DNA of 64,000 bases from an uncultured delta proteobacterium (GCA_963782055.1 CAWAIF010000002.1:288001-352000), one strand, 5' to 3'. Positions 46,121-57,017 are shown, counted from the stretch's first letter. Program-made: numbers and translations. The notes: generated from the sequence alone by a model not told the origin.

Positions 46121-47575
46121 TCACTGCGCGGCGCTCTCGACCTGGTAGACGTCCTTCGCGACGCCGTCAGCGCCCCCGTTGTCGCTGGCGCCGCCGAAGC
46201 CACCCTTGCCCGCCGCGCCCACCTGCACGTCGGCGGTCACCTCCGGCGCGTGCACGTCGTACATGACGCCCACCGAGACGCCGCCGGCGCCGCCGGCGCC
46301 GGTGCCGCCGTGGCCGCCGTGGCCACCGCCGCCGCTCGCGCAGATCCCGCCGGCGGCCTGCCCGCCCACCTGCCCCGACTGAGCATTCGAGCCCAAGCCG
46401 CCGTGGCCGCCTGCGTGCGTGACGATCTCACCGCCGCTCACCACCAGCGTCGTCTCGCCCGCGGCGAGCACGCCGATGCTCCCGCCGCCGCCCTGCCCGC
46501 CGCCGCCGCCCGCGCCGCCACACCCGCCGCACGATCCGCCGGGACCTCCGTAGCCGTAGTTGCCGGAGGCGCCGCCGCCGCCCTGGCCCACGCCGCCGCT
46601 CTGGCCGGCCGAACCGTCCTGCGGGGCCCATTTCCCCTGCGCGTCCAGCCCACCCACGATCGGGGCCGCCACGCCCTCCTTACCCACCGCCCCGGCCGCG
46701 CCGGTGTGCCCGGCACCGCACTGCGCGTTGCCCAGGTTGAAGAGGCCGCCGGCGCCGTCGACGCCCGCCTGCACCACGGTGTCGGCCGGGCTGCCCTTGG
46801 CGCCGTCGGTGCCCTTCGCGCCGCCCGCGCCGCCGAGGGAGTACGTCCCGTCCTTGCAGGAGCACTTCTTGGATGTGCCGCCGCTCACGCCGGACGCCGC
46901 GCTGCCCACGACGCTCGGGTCGTTGCTGGCGACGGGGTCGTAGTTGCTGCCGGGCACGCCGCCCGCGCCATCCTGTCCGCGCCCGGCCTCGATGTGCGCC
47001 CCCACGAAGGAGACCTTGCCCGCGTCGTGCAGCGCCACGGCCGTGCTCGTCTGGCCGGGCTGCCCGGCGTCGCGCGCGACGATGGACACGTCCTCGAAGA
47101 CGTGCGCGCCGCCTGTGCCGGTCATCGTCAGCGGGTTCGGGCCGGCCCCGAGGGTCGACGCGTCGCCGGTGTAGCTCCAGTCGGCGCAGGAGAAGCCGCC
47201 GTAGAGGTTGGCGGCGTGGGAGGCGTCCATCGTGACGTCCTCCGGGTACGCGCCGGCGCACAGGAAGATGGTGCCGCGTCCGTCGAGCATCTTCAGGGCG
47301 GCGCCCACCGTGCGCAGCGGCGCGGTACGTGAGCCCGCCCCGGTCTGATCGTCACCGTTGGGCGAGACGAAGACGCCTGCGGTCTCGGTCACGCACGCCG
47401 GATCGTCCTTCGGCTCCTGTCCGGACGCGCATGTGGGCGTGGTGCCGCCGTCAGCGCTGGTGCCGCCGGTGCTGTCGCCTGGCAGCTCGCCGCCCGGAGC
47501 GAAGGTGTCCGCCGTGCACCCGACGACGAGCGCGAGCACCGAGAGACCGAGAAGACCGAAGACCCGACCGACCAT
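46121..47575 (-). CDS. Gly-rich (PGRS-like) lipoprotein with DUF1565-like N-domain; divergent paralog
   Basis: Lipobox VVGC; GVFVSPNGDDQTGAGSRTAPLRTVGAAL, GAYPE, YGGFSCADW; GGGGSIG and GGAGGVSVG motifs. Confidence 0.85.
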   Translation of the reverse strand: MVGRVFGLLGLSVLALVVGCTADTFAPGGELPGDSTGGTSADGGTTPTCASGQEPKDDPACVTETAGVFVSPNGDDQTGAGSRTAPLRTVGAALKMLDGRGTIFLCAGAYPEDVTMDASHAANLYGGFSCADWSYTGDASTLGAGPNPLTMTGTGGAHVFEDVSIVARDAGQPGQTSTAVALHDAGKVSFVGAHIEAGRGQDGAGGVPGSNYDPVASNDPSVVGSAASGVSGGTSKKCSCKDGTYSLGGAGGAKGTDGAKGSPADTVVQAGVDGAGGLFNLGNAQCGAGHTGAAGAVGKEGVAAPIVGGLDAQGKWAPQDGSAGQSGGVGQGGGGASGNYGYGGPGGSCGGCGGAGGGGGQGGGGSIGVLAAGETTLVVSGGEIVTHAGGHGGLGSNAQSGQVGGQAAGGICASGGGGHGGHGGTGAGGAGGVSVGVMYDVHAPEVTADVQVGAAGKGGFGGASDNGGADGVAKDVYQVESAAQ

Positions 47576-47620
47576 GGACCACCTCCGCGGTGCCCATCGG
47601 CCGGGGGCGTCGGGAGGTTG

Positions 47621-49030
47621 CTACGGGATGGTGACCTGCGCCTGCGCCAGCCCGGGGATGCCATCGTCGTTGGCGCCGGCACCGGAGCCCGCCGCGCCGG
47701 CGTTTCCCACCTTGGTCTTCGTGGCGCTGTCCACGTCGGGAAGGGGCAGGCCCTTGATGAGCAGCGCGGCGGACACGCCGCCCGCGCCGCCGCCGCCGCT
47801 GCCGCCGTTGCCACCGGGCCCGCCGCCGCCGCCGGAGCATCCGTCGAGGTAGCCGTTGCCCCTGGCGCCCCCCTGCGGCATCCCCTGGATCCCGGTGACG
47901 CCTCTGCCGCCGTCGCCGGCGTCGTTGGCGAAGAGCTGAGACGCGAAGACGTGCACCTTGCTCGTGTCGACGGCGAGCGCCGCGCTCGCTCCCCCGCCGC
48001 CGCCTCCCTTGCCGCCCGGTCCGCCGCAACCGCCCGCGCCGCCGCCGCCGCCGCCGCCGGTGTTGCCGCCATTGTAGTTGCCGCCGCCGCCACCGCCCCC
48101 CTGGCCCACTCCGCCGTTGGCGCCGTCGCCCCCGGCCGTCGGCATCCAGGTTCCGTCCGGCGCGAAGTCCCCGAGCGTCGCCGCTCCCACCCCGTCGCCG
48201 CCCGATTTGCCCGCGCTTCCGCCGCCGCCGCCCTGGCAGCTCACATTGCCGCCCCCTCCACCGGCGCCGCCGCCGAGCGCCGGCATGCCGTCGTCCCCCT
48301 TCGAGCCGCTGTCCCCCCCCTGACCGCCGGTGGTGGTCTCGCCGGTAGGGCACTTGGAGTAGGTCATGGCGGCGCCGCCGCTGTTGCCGGTGGAGTCGTG
48401 GCCCTTGAGGTCGATCACCGGAGGCATCGCGGCGGAGGGTGGTACCGCGGAGGCGCCGCCCGATCCCCTGCCGGCGGTGAGCACGACGCGCACGAACGTG
48501 ACGTCCTTGGACTTGGACACCAACGCCGCGATGCTCGACTCACCCGGGTTGCTCCCGCTCCCCGCCGCGACGCTGACGTCGGAGATCAAGATCCCCCGGT
48601 CGGGCACGGTGATGCGCAGCGGGAGGTTGCTCGCGCCGATCGTCGGCACGCTCGACGCGTTGTACGCCCAGTCCCCGCACTCCAGCCCGCCGATGAGGCT
48701 CGCCGCTTTCTTCGCCTGGAGCGACACGTCCTCGAGGTAGTGACCCTGGCACACGTACACGCGGGGCTTGCCCCCTAGGTTGTCCAGCGCGTGCCCGATC
48801 GTCTTGAACGGGTGCTCCTTCGTCCCGTCCCCGGTCTGGTCGTTGCCGCCGGTGCCGTCCACGAAGACGCCCACTTCGTCCGTGACGCACGCGGCGGAGT
48901 CCATCGGCGTCTTCGCGAGATCGCAGCCGCTCGGGACGCCTGCGTCCGCGCCGGCGTCGTCGTTGTTGAAGGAATCCCCCCCGCACGCCACGAAAATCAG
49001 GCCCGCGAGCCCGAGGGCAAGGTGTCGCAT
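47621..49030 (-). CDS. Gly-rich (PGRS-like) lipoprotein with DUF1565-like N-domain; divergent paralog
   Basis: Lipobox FVAC; GVFVDGTGGNDQTGDGTKEHPFKTIGHAL, VYVCQGHY.E; GGAGGCGG..GGGGGAS. Confidence 0.87.
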   Translation of the reverse strand: MRHLALGLAGLIFVACGGDSFNNDDAGADAGVPSGCDLAKTPMDSAACVTDEVGVFVDGTGGNDQTGDGTKEHPFKTIGHALDNLGGKPRVYVCQGHYLEDVSLQAKKAASLIGGLECGDWAYNASSVPTIGASNLPLRITVPDRGILISDVSVAAGSGSNPGESSIAALVSKSKDVTFVRVVLTAGRGSGGASAVPPSAAMPPVIDLKGHDSTGNSGGAAMTYSKCPTGETTTGGQGGDSGSKGDDGMPALGGGAGGGGGNVSCQGGGGGSAGKSGGDGVGAATLGDFAPDGTWMPTAGGDGANGGVGQGGGGGGGNYNGGNTGGGGGGGAGGCGGPGGKGGGGGGASAALAVDTSKVHVFASQLFANDAGDGGRGVTGIQGMPQGGARGNGYLDGCSGGGGGPGGNGGSGGGGAGGVSAALLIKGLPLPDVDSATKTKVGNAGAAGSGAGANDDGIPGLAQAQVTIP

Positions 49031-49102
49031 CGATCAGTCCTCCTCGCTTCGAAGAAAAGAAAAGTCCGGCGCACAAAGCGTAGCGCACCGCGCCGCCGGG
49101 GA

Positions 49103-49134
49103 AAGAAAGCTGCACCGCCGTCGCTTTCTTGACA
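49103..49134. promoter_or_regulatory. 8-bp inverted repeat (AAGAAAGC-N12-GCTTTCTT) overlapping a TTGACA hexamer in a divergent intergenic region
   Basis: Arms 49103-49110 and 49123-49130; TTGACA 49129-49134; no convincing -10 at canonical spacing. Confidence 0.4.
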
Positions 49135-49252
49135 ACCGCGCGGACCCCCGGGTCGAGGGGCGGGGGACATGCGCGGACTTGGGCATCGGCCGCAAAGGAG
49201 GGTACGCTCGGCGCGTCATGTGCAGGCGTGCGTACCACCGCGGGAGTTTCGC

Positions 49253-49912
49253 GTGAGCAAGGTCGACACCGATCAGGGCCTCGGTCCGCCGAGCAGCGAG
49301 TCACGGGTCAAGTCGGCGGACGCGGCGGAGGGGCAGGCGCCCCCGCAGGCCTCGCGCAAGGCGGACACGCTGGACGAGCTGCTGGACGACTTCGGCCCGC
49401 AGCGACCGGACCAGCCGCGCATCCGCCCCAAGGCGGAGACGACGCCGCCGCCCGCGCCGGTGAAGAAGGAGCTGACGCCGACGGAGCCGGGCATGCGGCA
49501 GAAACGCAACCGCGTCCTGGTCGCCACCACGCTCGCGATCGTGGTGACCCTGGTGCTGGGGCTCGGGGTGCTCAAGCTGGTGCGCTCCTCGCCGGAGACG
49601 CCGCCCGCGCCGAGCGCGACGCAGACCGCGCGACAGCCGCCGCCGGAGACGCTCACCGCGACGGTGGGGACCACCGCGGAGACGGCGCCCGCGCCCGCGG
49701 CGAGCGCCACCGCGGTGGAGACCGCAGCGACCACCACCGTCCCCGCCGCGCACACCGCGCAGCCTCACCACACGTCGGAGGCGCCCCGTGCGAGCGCCAC
49801 CGCGCACGCCACCACCACCGCCACGGCCACCGCGACGCCGCACCCGACCGCGCACCCCGCGGGCAGCGCGCCTCCCGGGATGAACCTGCTCCCCGACGAT
49901 CCCCACCGATGA
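49253..49912 (+). CDS. Single-TM protein with Thr/Ala/Pro-rich tail, resembling the post-kinase part of a membrane kinase
   Basis: GGGAG before GTG 49253; RNR + VLVATTLAIVVTLVLGLGVL TM; low-complexity tail; ATGA overlap with the next gene. Confidence 0.7.
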   Translation: MSKVDTDQGLGPPSSESRVKSADAAEGQAPPQASRKADTLDELLDDFGPQRPDQPRIRPKAETTPPPAPVKKELTPTEPGMRQKRNRVLVATTLAIVVTLVLGLGVLKLVRSSPETPPAPSATQTARQPPPETLTATVGTTAETAPAPAASATAVETAATTTVPAAHTAQPHHTSEAPRASATAHATTTATATATPHPTAHPAGSAPPGMNLLPDDPHR

Positions 49913-50943
49913 GAACGTACTTCCTCTTGCCGCTCGCCCTCGCCGGCGGGCTGCTCTCCGCGTCCGCCTTCGCCCAGGACCAGACCTCCCCCGAGTACCA
50001 GGAGGCCAAGCAGCGCCTCCAGGAGGGCAAGGCCCTCTACGGGCAGGGCAACATCGACGGCGCGCGCCTCAAGTTCGAGCAGGCGTGCTCGGTGCTCAAG
50101 ACGCCGGCGTGCCTGCGCGCGCTGGGCCTGTCGGACTTCTACACGAAGCGCTACCTGGAGGCGCTCGGCAACCTGCAGAAGGCGCTGGAGGACAAGGAGC
50201 TGACCACCACGCAGCGCAAGCAGGTGACCGACCTGATGCAGCAGGCGTACGCGCAGACGGGGCACCTGGAGATCACCGCGCCGGCGGGCGGTCGCGTGCG
50301 CATCGACGACACCGTCGACGAGGGCAACGCGCCGCTGAGCGACGAGGTGCACGTCACGGCGGGGCAGCACATCGTCAGCGTGACGGTCGACACGCACGCC
50401 GAGCGCATGACGGTGGACTGCGCGCAGGGGAAGCTGGTGAAGGTGGACTTCACGAGCAAGTTCCCCGCGGCGAGCGGCGCGACGGGTGGCGCGGGCGCGC
50501 AGGGGAACGGCGGGGTCGGCCAGCCTGGCGGCCCTGGCGAGGGCGGGGAGCAACACCACGCGGGGGGGGGCGTGACCCGCTGGATCGTCGGCGGCGCGGT
50601 GGCGGCTGTCGGCCTGGTGGGCGTGGGCCTGGGCGTGGGCTTCCTGGTGGACTCCGGCTCGGCCAGCGACGACGCGGCGAACCTCCGCACGCAGCTCGGC
50701 GCGAGCGCGTCGTGCCCGGGGGCGGACGCCGCGCAGTGCGCGACGCTGAGCGGGCTGAAGGATCGCTACGACAACGGACAGACGCTCGGTCCGGTGTTTC
50801 TGGGCGTGGGCGTGGGCCTGGTGGTCGCGGGCGCGGCCACCGCGCTGCTCTGGCCCGGACCGAAGAAGGAGCAGTCGACCGGCCTGCGGGTCGTGCCCTT
50901 CGTGGGGCGCGAGTCGGGCGTCGCCGTGCTCGGTGCTTTCTAG
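49909..50943 (+). CDS. Exported TPR + PEGA-like protein with Gly-rich hairpin and C-terminal Phe
   Basis: Signal peptide ...AFAQ; AKQRLQEGKALYGQG...ARLKFEQA TPR; GHLEITAPAGGRVRID...VTAGQHIV PEGA-like; ends VAVLGAF. Confidence 0.85.
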   Translation: MRTYFLLPLALAGGLLSASAFAQDQTSPEYQEAKQRLQEGKALYGQGNIDGARLKFEQACSVLKTPACLRALGLSDFYTKRYLEALGNLQKALEDKELTTTQRKQVTDLMQQAYAQTGHLEITAPAGGRVRIDDTVDEGNAPLSDEVHVTAGQHIVSVTVDTHAERMTVDCAQGKLVKVDFTSKFPAASGATGGAGAQGNGGVGQPGGPGEGGEQHHAGGGVTRWIVGGAVAAVGLVGVGLGVGFLVDSGSASDDAANLRTQLGASASCPGADAAQCATLSGLKDRYDNGQTLGPVFLGVGVGLVVAGAATALLWPGPKKEQSTGLRVVPFVGRESGVAVLGAF

Positions 50944-50959
50944 AAACAGGGAGAGGAAG

Positions 50960-52484
50960 ATGCGTCACCTTGCATGCTTGACCGGCTGCGTCCTCGTCGC
51001 CGGTGCCGTGGTCTTCGTCGCGCCGGGCTGCGGCTCGGCGGATTGCTCCTTCGAATCTCACCTGCGCGAACGCCGACGGCGGGACGGACGGCGGGGGAGA
51101 CGTGACGGTGGACGCGGGGCCGGACGGCTCCGGTTGTGACGTGGTCGCCGACCCGTCGTGCATCGACGAGTCGAGCGGAGTGTTCGTCTCTCCGACCGGG
51201 GACGACTCGCACGACGGGAGCAAGGCCAACCCGCTGGCCACCATCGGCGCGGCGCTGAAGAAGAACAAGGCGCGCGTCTACATCTGCCAGGGGACGTACG
51301 CGGAGAACGTGGACATCAAGGCCAACGTGGACCTGCTCGGCGGGTATGCGTGCGGGGACTGGTCGTACGCGGCCTCCAACGCCGCCACGATCCAGCCGGG
51401 GAGCGGGCTTGCGCTGCACGTGGACTCGGCGACGAGCGTGGTCCGGGATCTGAAGTTCGTGGGGGCGGACGCGTCGAAGGCGGGGGACTCGTCCATCGGC
51501 GCGCTCGCGGCGAGCTCGACGGTGACGTTGGTGCGCGACGACATCGAGGCGGGGAAGGGGATGAGCGCGACGCCGCCGTCGGCCCAGGCGGACTTCACGC
51601 CGGCGCAGGCGAGCAGCGGCAACACTGGAACGCTCAACAATGGCGGTGGACAGCAACCGGTGACGTGTCCCAATGGGAGCGGGAGTACGACGGGGGGAGC
51701 GGGCGGACCGCCCGGCGGAGCAAATGGCGTGAAGGGACAACCATTTGCCACCTACACGGTCAACCCCCCCAATGCTGATGGGACCGGTGGCGTGACGGGG
51801 AGTGATTGCATTGCGGGCCTCGGTCGAAACGGCTCCTACGGTCCCGGCGGCGCCGCGGGTGCGGGCGCGGCCAAGGCGGGCACGCTCGACGCGACGGGCT
51901 GGGCGCCCTCCGCCGGTGGTGCGGGCGGCACCGGCAAGGTCGGCGAGGGCGGCGGAGGCGGGGCGAGCCTGGACTCTGCCGGTGGCGGTGGCGGCGGCGG
52001 AGCTGGCGGCTGCGGTGGCACGGGCGGAGCGGCCGGCCCGGGTGGCGGAGCGAGCATCGCGCTCACGCTGGTGCAGTCCACCGCGACGCTCACGCAGACG
52101 AAGCTCGTCGCGAAGGACGCCGGCGACGGCGCGAAGGGGGGCACAGGGCAGAAGGCGCAGGGGGGTGGGAACGCCGGCTCGTTCTTCGCGACGTCGTGCA
52201 ATGGCGGCGCCGGCGGCCACGGTGGCTCCGGCGGCGGTGGCGGCGGCGGCGCGGGAGGCCTCTCCGTGGGCATCCTGTGGACCGGCACCGCGCCGACCAT
52301 CGACGGTTCCTCCACGTCGTCGGCGGACACCCTCGCGACGGTGACGACGGGCAAGGCCGGCGCGGCGGGCGCAGGCGGCGCCGGGGGTACCGCCGTGAAG
52401 ACCAGCAACCCCGCGAGCAACGCCGGCGCGGCCGGCAATCCGGGTTTGGCGGGGGTCGCCAAGGCCGTGATGCAGGCACCATGA
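50960..52484 (+). CDS. Gly-rich lipoprotein, array copy A1; apparent +1 frameshift at about 51053-51057
   Basis: GGAGAGG RBS; MRHLACLTGCVLVAGAVVFVAPGC leader in one frame and body in the next; removing one A from GAATC gives ...CSFDLTCANADGG in frame. Confidence 0.83.
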
Positions 52485-52522
52485 ATCGCCCTCTCTCGTC
52501 TCGCCACGAGGTCGGGTAGACC

Positions 52523-54022
52523 ATGCGCTGGTCCATCGGCCTCTCGTCTGCGCTCGCCATCGGCATCACCTGCGTCGCCGGTTGCGGGGATAGCTCCAGC
52601 GCGAACGCCGACGGCGGGACGGACGGCGGGGGAGACGTGACGGTGGACGCGGGGCCGGACGCGCCGCCCGGGTGCGATCTCACCAAGGACCCGAAGGACT
52701 CCCCCGCGTGCGTGGACGACGCGGTGGGCATCTTCGTGGACGGCACGAACGGCGACGACGGCAACGCGGGGACGAAGCTCGAGCCGGTGAAGACGATCGG
52801 CGCGGCGCTGAAGCTCACGAGCGCGCAGCAGGCGCGCGTGTACGTGTGCAAGGGGGTGTACGCGGAGGACGTGGTGGTGGACGCGAGCCACGACGGCGTG
52901 TCCATCTACGGCGGGTGGCGGTGCGCGGACTGGAGCTACAGCGGGACCAAGCCCATCGTGGGCGCGGGGACGATGGCGCTGAAGCTCGACGGCCTGACGA
53001 AGGCGGTGACCATCGAGGACATGGACTGGAAGTCGGCGGACGCGACGGCGGACGGCGGGTCGAGCATCGCGGCGTTCGTGAACGGCTGCGCGAACGTGAC
53101 GCTGGTGAGGGACACGCTGGAAGCGGGGAAGGGTAAGGCCGGCGCAGCGGGGAAGGCGGGGAGCAACTACACGGCGGTGGCGCAAGGCGACACCTCGATC
53201 AAGGGCAAGGATGGCAACGGGATCGTTGGCGGCGGGCCGCACGCCTGCACCTTGTGTACCGATGGTAAGAACTCAACCGGAGGGTTTGGCGGAAACGGGG
53301 GAACGTCGCCGGGTGATGGTCAGGACGGAACGCCCAATCTGGGTGGCATCAACCCGTTGGACGGAAAGGGTGGTGCCAAGGACATCGGCAGTGGATGCAC
53401 GTCAGGACACAAGGGTCCAACGGGCGACGCGGGGATAGCTGCCGTGGCTATTGCCGCTTCGGGCGTGCTGGATCCCACCGGATGGAAGCCGGCGATGGGC
53501 GGGGCTGGGTCCAATGGTGGGCCCGGTCAAGGTGGCGGCGGGGGTGGCGGAGGTCTGGACGGCAACAACACCGCAGGAGGCGCTGGTGGCGGCGGTTGTG
53601 GTGGCTGCGGCGGCGCCTCGGGATCTGGCGGTGGAGGCGGGGGCGCCAGCATCGCGCTAGCCGTCCTGTCCTCGACGGTTCAGGTCGCCTCGAGCAGCAT
53701 GGCGAGCACCGTCGCCGGCAACGGCGGAGCGGGTGCAGCAGGGCAGGCAGGGCAGGCCGGCGGATTCAGCGGCCAGAACATCAACCCCGGTTGCTCCGGC
53801 GGTACCGGCGGCACCGGCGGAGCCGGTGGCGCAGGAGGCGGCGGGGCAGGCGGCATCTCCGTCGGCGTGCTCTGGAAGGGCACCGCGGCGCCGACGCTTG
53901 ACTCGTCAACGACCAGCAACATCGTCTTCGCGCAGCAGGGCGGCGCCAAGGGCACCGGCGGCGCGCCCGGCCAGAACGACGGCATCGACGGCGTCGCGCA
54001 GGCCGTGCTCGAGGTGAAGTAG
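52523..54022 (+). CDS. Gly-rich lipoprotein, array copy B1
   Basis: Lipobox VAGC; GIFVDGTNGDDGNAGTKLEPVKTIGAAL; Gly-rich C-terminal half. Confidence 0.9.
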   Translation: MRWSIGLSSALAIGITCVAGCGDSSSANADGGTDGGGDVTVDAGPDAPPGCDLTKDPKDSPACVDDAVGIFVDGTNGDDGNAGTKLEPVKTIGAALKLTSAQQARVYVCKGVYAEDVVVDASHDGVSIYGGWRCADWSYSGTKPIVGAGTMALKLDGLTKAVTIEDMDWKSADATADGGSSIAAFVNGCANVTLVRDTLEAGKGKAGAAGKAGSNYTAVAQGDTSIKGKDGNGIVGGGPHACTLCTDGKNSTGGFGGNGGTSPGDGQDGTPNLGGINPLDGKGGAKDIGSGCTSGHKGPTGDAGIAAVAIAASGVLDPTGWKPAMGGAGSNGGPGQGGGGGGGGLDGNNTAGGAGGGGCGGCGGASGSGGGGGGASIALAVLSSTVQVASSSMASTVAGNGGAGAAGQAGQAGGFSGQNINPGCSGGTGGTGGAGGAGGGGAGGISVGVLWKGTAAPTLDSSTTSNIVFAQQGGAKGTGGAPGQNDGIDGVAQAVLEVK

Positions 54023-54025
54023 GTC

Positions 54026-55471
54026 ATGCGCCGCCTCGGGGGGATCGCTTGCGTGCTCGTCGCGGCCTGCCTCGCCGGTTGCGGGGACAGCTCCAGCACG
54101 AACGCCGACGGCGGGACGGACGGCGGGGGAGACGTGACGGTGGACGCGGGGCCGGACGCGCCGCCCGGGTGCGAACTCACCAAGGACCCGAAAGACTCGG
54201 CGGCGTGCGTGGACGACGCGGTGGGCATCTTCGTGGACGGCACGAACGGCGACGACGGCAACGCGGGGACGAAGCTCGAGCCGGTGAAGACGATCGGCGC
54301 CGCGCTGAAGCTGACGAGCGCGCAGCAGGCGCGCGTGTACGTGTGCGAGGGGACGTACGCGGAGGACGTGGTGGTGGACGCGAGCCACGACGGGGTGTCC
54401 ATCTACGGCGGGTGGCGGTGCGCGGACTGGAGCTACAGCGGGACCAAGCCCATCGTGGGCGCGGGGACGATGGCGCTGAAGCTCGACGGCCTGACGAAGG
54501 CGGTGACCATCGAGGACATGGACTGGAAGTCGGCGGACGCGACGGCGGACGGCGGGTCGAGCATCGCGGCGTTCGTGAACGGGTGCGCGAACGTGACGCT
54601 GGTGAGGGACACGCTGGAAGCGGGCAAGGGCAAGGCCGGCGCGGCGGGGACGCTGACGAACTTCAACTACCCGGACCAGGCGACGCTGAACGGGAAGGAC
54701 GCGTCGGGTATGACGGGTGGGCCGGCCAACGCGGTGAAGTGTCCGGCCGGCGACACGACGACGGGAGGCAAAGGCGGAGACAACGGCAGCACCGGCGACC
54801 CAGGTCTTCCAAGCCTAGGCGCAGGACAGGGGGGGACCCTGGCAGCTTGCGGTAGTGGCGGCTCAGGGAGTGACGGCGCTCCTGCATCGAAGGGACCGGA
54901 TGGCTCGGCGCCGTCGGGGCTAGGTAGCCTTTCCAGTCAAGGATGGGCAAGCATGGCTGGCGGGGCGGCCAAAGCGGGTGGCCCCGGGCAAGGGGGTGGA
55001 GGTGGGCTTGGCTTCGGAGGCGGCGGTGGCGGCGGGGGCGGCGCGGGTGGGTGCGGCGGTGCCGGCGGACCCGGTGGCGGTGGCGGGGGCGCCAGCGTCG
55101 CACTGGTGGTGCTGTCCTCCACCGTGACCGTGACGGCGAGCGCGCTGCAGGCGGCCACCGCGGGTGCCGGGGGAACTGGCGCGGCGGGACAGCCGGGAGA
55201 GACTACTTTCGGCTTTCACGGCAACGGGACCGGCGCTGGCTGCCAGGGCGGCAACGGCGGCACCGGCGGAAATGGTGGCGCAGGAGGCGGCGGGGCGGGT
55301 GGCATCTCCGTCGGCGTGCTCTGGAAGGGCACCGCGGCGCCGACGCTTGACTCATCAACGAACACCAACATCGTCTTCGCGCAGCAGGGCGGCGCCAAGG
55401 GCACCGGCGGCGCGCCCGGCACCAACGACGGCATCGACGGCGTCGCCCAGGCCGTGCTCGAGGTGAAGTAG
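54026..55471 (+). CDS. Gly-rich lipoprotein, array copy B2
   Basis: Lipobox LAGC; N-domain nearly identical to B1, different central cassette. Confidence 0.9.
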   Translation: MRRLGGIACVLVAACLAGCGDSSSTNADGGTDGGGDVTVDAGPDAPPGCELTKDPKDSAACVDDAVGIFVDGTNGDDGNAGTKLEPVKTIGAALKLTSAQQARVYVCEGTYAEDVVVDASHDGVSIYGGWRCADWSYSGTKPIVGAGTMALKLDGLTKAVTIEDMDWKSADATADGGSSIAAFVNGCANVTLVRDTLEAGKGKAGAAGTLTNFNYPDQATLNGKDASGMTGGPANAVKCPAGDTTTGGKGGDNGSTGDPGLPSLGAGQGGTLAACGSGGSGSDGAPASKGPDGSAPSGLGSLSSQGWASMAGGAAKAGGPGQGGGGGLGFGGGGGGGGGAGGCGGAGGPGGGGGGASVALVVLSSTVTVTASALQAATAGAGGTGAAGQPGETTFGFHGNGTGAGCQGGNGGTGGNGGAGGGGAGGISVGVLWKGTAAPTLDSSTNTNIVFAQQGGAKGTGGAPGTNDGIDGVAQAVLEVK

Positions 55472-55474
55472 GTC

Positions 55475-56979
55475 ATGCGCCGCCTCGGGGGATCGCTTGC
55501 GTGCTCGTCGCGGCCTGCGTCGCCGGTTGCGGGGACAGCTCCAGCACGAACGCCGACGGCGGGACGGATGGGGGCGGGGGAGACGTGACGGTGGACGCGG
55601 GGCCGGACGGCTCCGGTTGTGACGTGGTCGCCGACCCGTCGTGCATCGACGAGTCGAGCGGCGTGTTCGTCTCTCCGACCGGGGACGACTCGCACGACGG
55701 GAGCAAGGCCAACCCGCTGGCCACCATCGGCGCGGCGCTGAAGAAGAACAAGGCGCGCGTCTACATCTGCCAGGGGACGTACGCGGAGAACGTGGACATC
55801 AAGGCCAACGTGGACCTGCTCGGCGGGTATGCGTGCGGGGACTGGTCGTACGCGGCCTCCAACGCCGCCACGATCCAGCCGGGGAGCGGGCTTGCGCTGC
55901 ACGTGGACTCGGCGACGAGCGTGGTCCGGGATCTGAAGTTCGTGGGGGCGGACGCGTCGAAGGCGGGGGACTCGTCCATCGGCGCGCTCGCGGCGAGCTC
56001 GACGGTGACGTTGGTGCGCGACGACATCGAGGCGGGGAAGGGGATGAGCGCGACGCCGCCGTCGGCCCAGGCGGACTTCACGCCGGCGCAGGCGAGCAGC
56101 GGCGATGGCGGGAAGGTGAACAACGGCGGCGCGCAGACGCCGAACAACTGCCCGAATGGGAGCGGCAACAGCATCGGCGGTGCAGGGGGCCCGCCTGGCG
56201 CAAACAATGGCTCGAAGGGGCAGCCGTTCGCTTCCTATCCCGTGAATCCAGCAATGGCGGATGGGACAGGCGGGACGACGGGAAGCAATTGTATCGCTGG
56301 GCTCGGCCGTGACGGCTCCTACGGTCCCGGCGGCGCCGCGGGTGCGGGCGCGGCCAAGGCGGGCACGCTCGACGCGACGGGCTGGGCGCCCTCCGCCGGT
56401 GGTGCGGGCGGCACCGGCAAGGTCGGCGAGGGCGGCGGAGGCGGGGCGAGCCTGGACTCTGCAGGAGGCGGTGGCGGCGGCGGAGCTGGCGGCTGCGGTG
56501 GCACGGGCGGAGCGGCTGGCCCGGGTGGCGGAGCGAGCATCGCGCTCGCGCTGGTGCAGTCCACCGCGACGCTCACGCAGACGAAGCTCGTCGCGAAGGA
56601 CGCCGGCGACGGCGCGAAGGGGGGCACAGGGCAGAAGGCGCAGGGGGGTGGAGGCTCGGGTGGCGCGGGTGGAACTCCCGGCGTCGATGCGTGCGGTGGC
56701 GGCGCAGGCGGTCATGGCGGCTCCGGCGGCGGTGGCGGCGGCGGCGCGGGAGGCCTCTCCGTGGGCATCCTGTGGACCGGCACCGCGCCGACCATCGACG
56801 GTTCCTCCACGTCGTCGGCGGACACCCTCGCGACGGTGACGACGGGCAAGGCCGGCGCGGCGGGCGCAGGCGGCGCCGGGGGTACCGCCGTGAAGACCAG
56901 CAACCCCGCGAGCAACGCCGGCGCGGCCGGCAATCCGGGCCCGGCGGGGGTCGCCAGGGCCGTGATGCAGGCACCATGA
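55475..56979 (+). CDS. Gly-rich lipoprotein, array copy A2; apparent -1 frameshift in G-run 55487-55491
   Basis: Leader matches B2 (atgcgccgcctc-Gn-atcgcttgc) but has 5 G instead of 6; body nearly identical to A1 outside the variable blocks. Confidence 0.87.
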
Positions 56980-57017
56980 ATCGCCCTCTCTCGTCTCGCC
57001 ACGAGGTCGGGTAGACC

